DNA from: Candidatus Krumholzibacteriia bacterium
Lineage (GTDB): Bacteria > Krumholzibacteriota > Krumholzibacteriia > Krumholzibacteriales > Krumholzibacteriaceae
Assembly: GCA_963836185.1 (NCBI GenBank)
Contig: CAWIIQ010000001.1
Span: forward strand, 1,984,001 to 2,048,000
Length of the DNA stretch: 64,000 nt
Reading direction: 5' to 3'
Shown here: piece after piece, positions 59,807 to 64,000 of the stretch
Layout of the letters: each line of letters begins with the position of its first letter
Numbering within the stretch: the stretch's first letter is position 1
Program-made: the position numbers and the translations under genes
Notes under the pieces: model-generated
What the model was told of the DNA's origin: nothing
What the model saw: the letters and a program-made list of their open reading frames with translations, nothing else
The model's database searches: none

Positions 59807-62800
59807 GTTCCACCCCCGATATACTCTTCAGTTCACCGATAAGATCGAGGCCGGGGGATACTCCCATCGCCCTTGGCCTGACCTTCCTCTCGCCATCTCC
59901 ATTGAGCTTCACGTGAAGCACCACCGACTTCTCGCCCGAATACCGGGCTATTGCGTCCCTCATTGTCTCGAGCTCAGCTTCACCGAGCTTCTCTCCATCC
60001 ACTTTCAGGTGCACCGTGCGGGCGAGATACCTGAGCGATTCATCGATCGTGTATACCTTGTCGGCAATGATCTTCGTATCGCTTCCATCCCTGATCGTGA
60101 TCTTCCCCGGTATTACTACGAGGTTGTCCTTCTCCAGCCTCTCCCTGCTCGTGCGGAAGGAGCTGGCGAAAACGATCACCTCGTACGAGCCGTTGAAATC
60201 CTCCAGCGTGACAAAAGCCATCGCCTGGCCCTTCCGGTCGTTGATGATCCTCAGGTCGATCACCATGCCGGCCAGGACTACCTGTTCCTTGTCCTTCTTC
60301 TCCTGCAGCGTGGTGCTGTCGACCGAGAGAAGGGGCCCGAGGATATCGCGATACTTGTCGAGCGGATGTCCAGAGAAGTAGAACCCGAGCGATTCCTTCT
60401 CCCTGTGGAGCCGCTCGCTCTCCTCCCATTCCGGGATGTCGTCCAGTAGCACCGTCTCGACGTCGGAAGTGCCCTCGCCGAGAAGCAGCGGCACCTGTCC
60501 CTTGTCCCTCTCCGATTGCCTGCGCTGCGCCCGCGCGATGACGCGGTCGAGAGAGACCATCTTCTGCGCCCTGTTTCCAGGCAGGGAATCCATCGCCCCG
60601 CTCTGGATGAGGTTGTCGATGACACGGCGGTTTACCTGCCTGAGATCGATACGGTTGCAGAAATCGAACAGGTCGTTGAATGGACCGTTCTCCAGCCTCT
60701 CCTTCACGACGCTGTCGATCGCCTTCTCCCCGACATTCTTTATCGCGGCGAGGCCGTACGTTATCGCTCCGCCGGCCAGCCCGAAGACCGTGCCCCCCGA
60801 ATTGATGTCGGGCGGGTCGACGAGGAGATCGAGGTTCCTGCATTCGTCGAGAAGGATGATCAGCCTGTCCGTATTGCCCATGTCGCTCGTCATTGCGGCG
60901 GCCATGAATGCCGCCGTATGATGCGTCTTGAGATAGGCAGTCTGCATCGAGACCATCGCGTAGGCGGCCGAATGCGACTTGTTGAACCCGTACCCGGCAA
61001 AGAATGCCATCAGCTCGAAGACCTTCTTTGCCGTCTTCTGCGGTATGCCGCGCTCCACGGATCCGGAGATGAAAGCCTTGCGCTGCTTCTCCATCTCTTT
61101 GACCTTTTTCTTTCCCATCGCGCGACGCAGGATATCGGCCTGTCCGAGTGTAAAACCGGCCATATCGCTCGCGATGCGCATGACCTGCTCCTGGTAGAGG
61201 ATCACGCCATATGTCTCCTCGAGTATAGGTTCGAGAAGCTTGTGGTCGTAACGGATCTTCTTGCGGCCGTGCTTGCGCTCGATGTAATCGTCCACGACTC
61301 CTCCGCCGAGAGGGCCGGGACGGTAAAGCGCGTTGACGGCGGTGATGTCACCGAAGACTGTCGGTACCATCTTGCGAAGCAGGTCCCGCATCCCGGATGA
61401 CTCGAGCTGGAAGAGGGCGACGGTCTGCCCCTTCTGAAGGAGTTCGAAAGTCTCCGGATCATCGATCGGTATCTCATCGATATCTATCGCGATACCTTCA
61501 TGTTTCTTTATCAGAGCGATAGTGTTCTCGAGATGGGAGAGGGTCTTGAGCCCCAGGATATCTATCTTCAGCAGCCCGATGCTCTCGAGGATCTTCATCT
61601 CGTACTGCGTCGTTACTTCGCCCTTGCTCGAACGATAAAGGGGCACATGATCGACGAGCCTCGTCGGAGTGATCACGAGCCCGGCCGCGTGCGTCGACGC
61701 GTGACGTGCCAGTCCCTCGAGACGCAGCGACAGGTCGATGAGACGCTTTATCTGCGGTTCGCTCCTGTATTTTGCCTTTATCTCGGGCACTTCCTCCATG
61801 GCCTCGGTCAAGCGTAGTACCCGGCACCGGCGGTATCATCTTGGCGAGTTTGTCGACATCGCCGTACGGTATCTTCAGGACCCTGCCGACATCCCTCACC
61901 ACTGCCCTCGCCGCCATCCTCCCGAAGGTGATTATCTGGCAGACATTCTCCTTCCCGTACTTCTCTACGACATGATCGATGACCTCCTGGCGCTTCTCGT
62001 CGCAGAAGTCTATATCTATATCCGGCATGGAGATACGCTCAGGATTTAAGAACCTCTCGAATAGAAGCCCGTTCTCCAGCGGATTGATGTTCGTGATCCC
62101 GAGGGCGTAGCAGACGAGGCTCCCGGCCGCCGAACCCCTTCCCGGGCCGACCGGGATATTCATCTCCTTGGCGGCGTGCACGATATCCCAGACGATAAGG
62201 AAGTACCCGGCGAAGTCCATCTTGTTGATCACGTCGAGCTCGTACCTGACCCTCTCCCTCGCCTCTTCGGTCACCTCGGGAAGACGATCGGGAAGGTACC
62301 CCTCGACAAGGTGGCTCAGATATTCCTCCGGGCTCTTGAACGGCTCGGGGATCGGGAAGACGGGAAGCTGCGTCCCCTTGTCGGTCAGCTCGAATTCGCA
62401 CTTCGCCGCGATCTCGAGCGTATTCGAAAGCGCGTCGGGATAATCGGCGAAGAGTTTATGCATCTCTTCGGGAGACTTGAAGTATGTCTCGGGGTGCGAG
62501 CGCATCCCCCTCGCCGGATCCTCGAGGTCCTTGCCCGTCTGAAGGCAGAGCAGGACGTCGTGCGCCTCATGGTCGTCGGCCTTGCAGTAATGACAGTCGT
62601 TCGTCGCGACGATCGGCAGATCGAGTTCCCGGGCCAGCTCGACGAGTTTCGGGATCAGTTCGATCTCCTCGGGGATACCATGGTTCTGAAGCTCGATGTA
62701 GAAGTCGCCCGGCGCGAAGATCGATGCCAGCCGCTTGGCCAGCTGGGCCGCTTCATCCCTGCGGCCGTCCCTCAGAAGCCTCGGGATCGACCCCTGCAGG

Positions 62801-63222
62801 CAGGCAGAAAGGCCTATGAGCCCCTCCGATTTCTGCTCGAGAAGCTCGAGGTCTATCCTCGGCTTGTAATAGAATCCTTCCGTGTAGGCGATCGACGAAA
62901 GCTCGAGAAGGTTCCTGTACCCGGTCTCATTCCTGGCGAGGAGGACGAGATGTTCGTTTCTCGCCTGTCCCCTGGCCGCCGTCTTCTGCAGATGGCCCGC
63001 CCTGGCGACATATGTCTCCATGCCTACGATCGGTTTTATCCCCGCCGCTTTCGCCTCGCGGAAGAAGGGGATCGCTCCGAAGAGATTACCGTGGTCGGTG
63101 AGCGCGACCGCTTCCATACCCATATCCACGGCGGTCGATACGAGGTCCTTGATACGGAACGCCCCGTCGAGCAGGCTGTACTCCGAATGATTATGAAGAT
63201 GAAGAAATCCTGCGCCGGCCAT
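59790..63222 (-). CDS. dnaE: DNA polymerase III alpha subunit, ~1143 aa; +1 frame break at ~61809
   Basis: PHP HLHNHSEYSLLDG, GPGRGSAAGS, MPDIDIDF, STHAAG, GYGFNKSH, OB fold. Removing one base gives PGTTL-TEAMEE. Confidence 0.96.
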
Positions 63223-63244
63223 TCTGCCTCTACCTCCCCGCCGC

Positions 63245-64000
63245 CTATTCTAGCACAAATCCGAATTCACCTGCACTCCTGTTTCCGGCCCGGTCGCTGA
63301 CCTCTATCGTAAGGACCGTATGCCCCGCCGGGAAAGAGGCTGGAACAGGGATTATGAGCCTTTTTCTGAAGCCGTCCCACTCGCAGACGACCCACTCCCC
63401 GCCGAGCCTCGCCTCGGCGGTCCATGGATCGACTCCCGTTCCATCCTCGGTCACGGGAACCGAGCAGAAATACGGCTTGAAGAAACCGCTCCCCTCGTGG
63501 TTCTTCTCGATCGCGACATGCTCGATCACCGGCGGGATCCCGTCCCTGAGGTAGATGTACCTCCCCGGCCTGTCGACCGATACGTACCCGCCATCCAGCG
63601 CAGGGACACCCACGCATTTCCAGCCCTTCTCTTCTTCCCAGATAAAGAGCCCCGCATTCGAATCAGGTTCGCAGTAGAGGCGCATCCCCTTAGAGAGGTT
63701 CTCCCTGGCGAAGTACAGGTCGAAGGAGCTGCTGACCGGCTTAAGTCCCGCGGGGATCGTTCCCCGCATGGGGACCTCTTTGACCCTCAGCACAGTGGCG
63801 CCGCGCAGCGACGGCCCCTCCAACTTTGCCTCGAGCGTATCGGAAAGTGTGAACCGGGCGCTTCCGCCCGAGCGGATGGTGAATATCCTCGCCCCCATCG
63901 CGGTGTGGATGGGGAATCCCCCGTAGCTTATCCCCGCAAATGTAAATATGGTATGCCCGGAATCGATAATATCCGGCCCTGCCATCGCGACATATTTCTT
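63245..64000 (-). CDS. C-terminal part of a probable M23-family peptidase-associated protein (5' end outside the window)
   Basis: Frame is open to the window edge. DGIPPVI...EDGTGVD...GEW...LTIEVSDRAGN resembles the Ig-like tail of FCB-group M23 peptidases; the catalytic domain is not visible. Confidence 0.5.
   Translation of the reverse strand, partial: KKYVAMAGPDIIDSGHTIFTFAGISYGGFPIHTAMGARIFTIRSGGSARFTLSDTLEAKLEGPSLRGATVLRVKEVPMRGTIPAGLKPVSSSFDLYFARENLSKGMRLYCEPDSNAGLFIWEEEKGWKCVGVPALDGGYVSVDRPGRYIYLRDGIPPVIEHVAIEKNHEGSGFFKPYFCSVPVTEDGTGVDPWTAEARLGGEWVVCEWDGFRKRLIIPVPASFPAGHTVLTIEVSDRAGNRSAGEFGFVLE

Noticed and set aside
59790-63222. Split dnaE, intein or programmed frameshift
   Set aside because: No intein motifs or slippery sequence. 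Deleting one base restores a normal-length DnaE, matching the other 11 breaks.

Overview
GC-rich (~60% by eye) bacterial chromosome segment with essentially all genes on the minus strand; the one plus-strand gene is a lipoprotein serpin. Left to right: (1) a secreted alpha-glucan locus (CBM20 protein with a C-terminal TWGxIK tail, a ~1430-aa multidomain GH57 with a FlgD/T9SS-type C-terminal domain, and a third secreted Ig-domain protein running off the left edge); (2) serpin, then rsmD-coaD-aminotransferase-FAD oxidoreductase-obgE; (3) a type IVa pilus locus in Myxococcus/Geobacter-like order (pilB-T-C-S-R-A, ABC/permease/TPR, pilD, pilMNOPQ) with three sigma-54 promoters; (4) hutU-hutI, a TPR protein with 5x45-bp tandem repeats, a PHP protein and a plugged beta-barrel; (5) thiC-dinG; (6) a ~17-kb outer-membrane/secretion cluster (PorU-like C25 peptidase, PorV-like barrel, M6 metalloprotease, two paralogous unknown proteins, NHL protein, 1136-aa unknown barrel, Omp85); (7) accA, a YjbH-like barrel, dnaE and a partial M23-type protein. 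T9SS-type parts together with canonical sigma-70 promoters and Shine-Dalgarno sites suggest a non-Bacteroidota FCB-group organism (Krumholzibacteriota/Latescibacterota-like); this is inference. Twelve single-base frame breaks, one in essential dnaE, look like consensus artefacts rather than pseudogenes. No rRNA, tRNA, CRISPR array or mobile element was seen. All family calls come from motif recognition by eye, with no database search.
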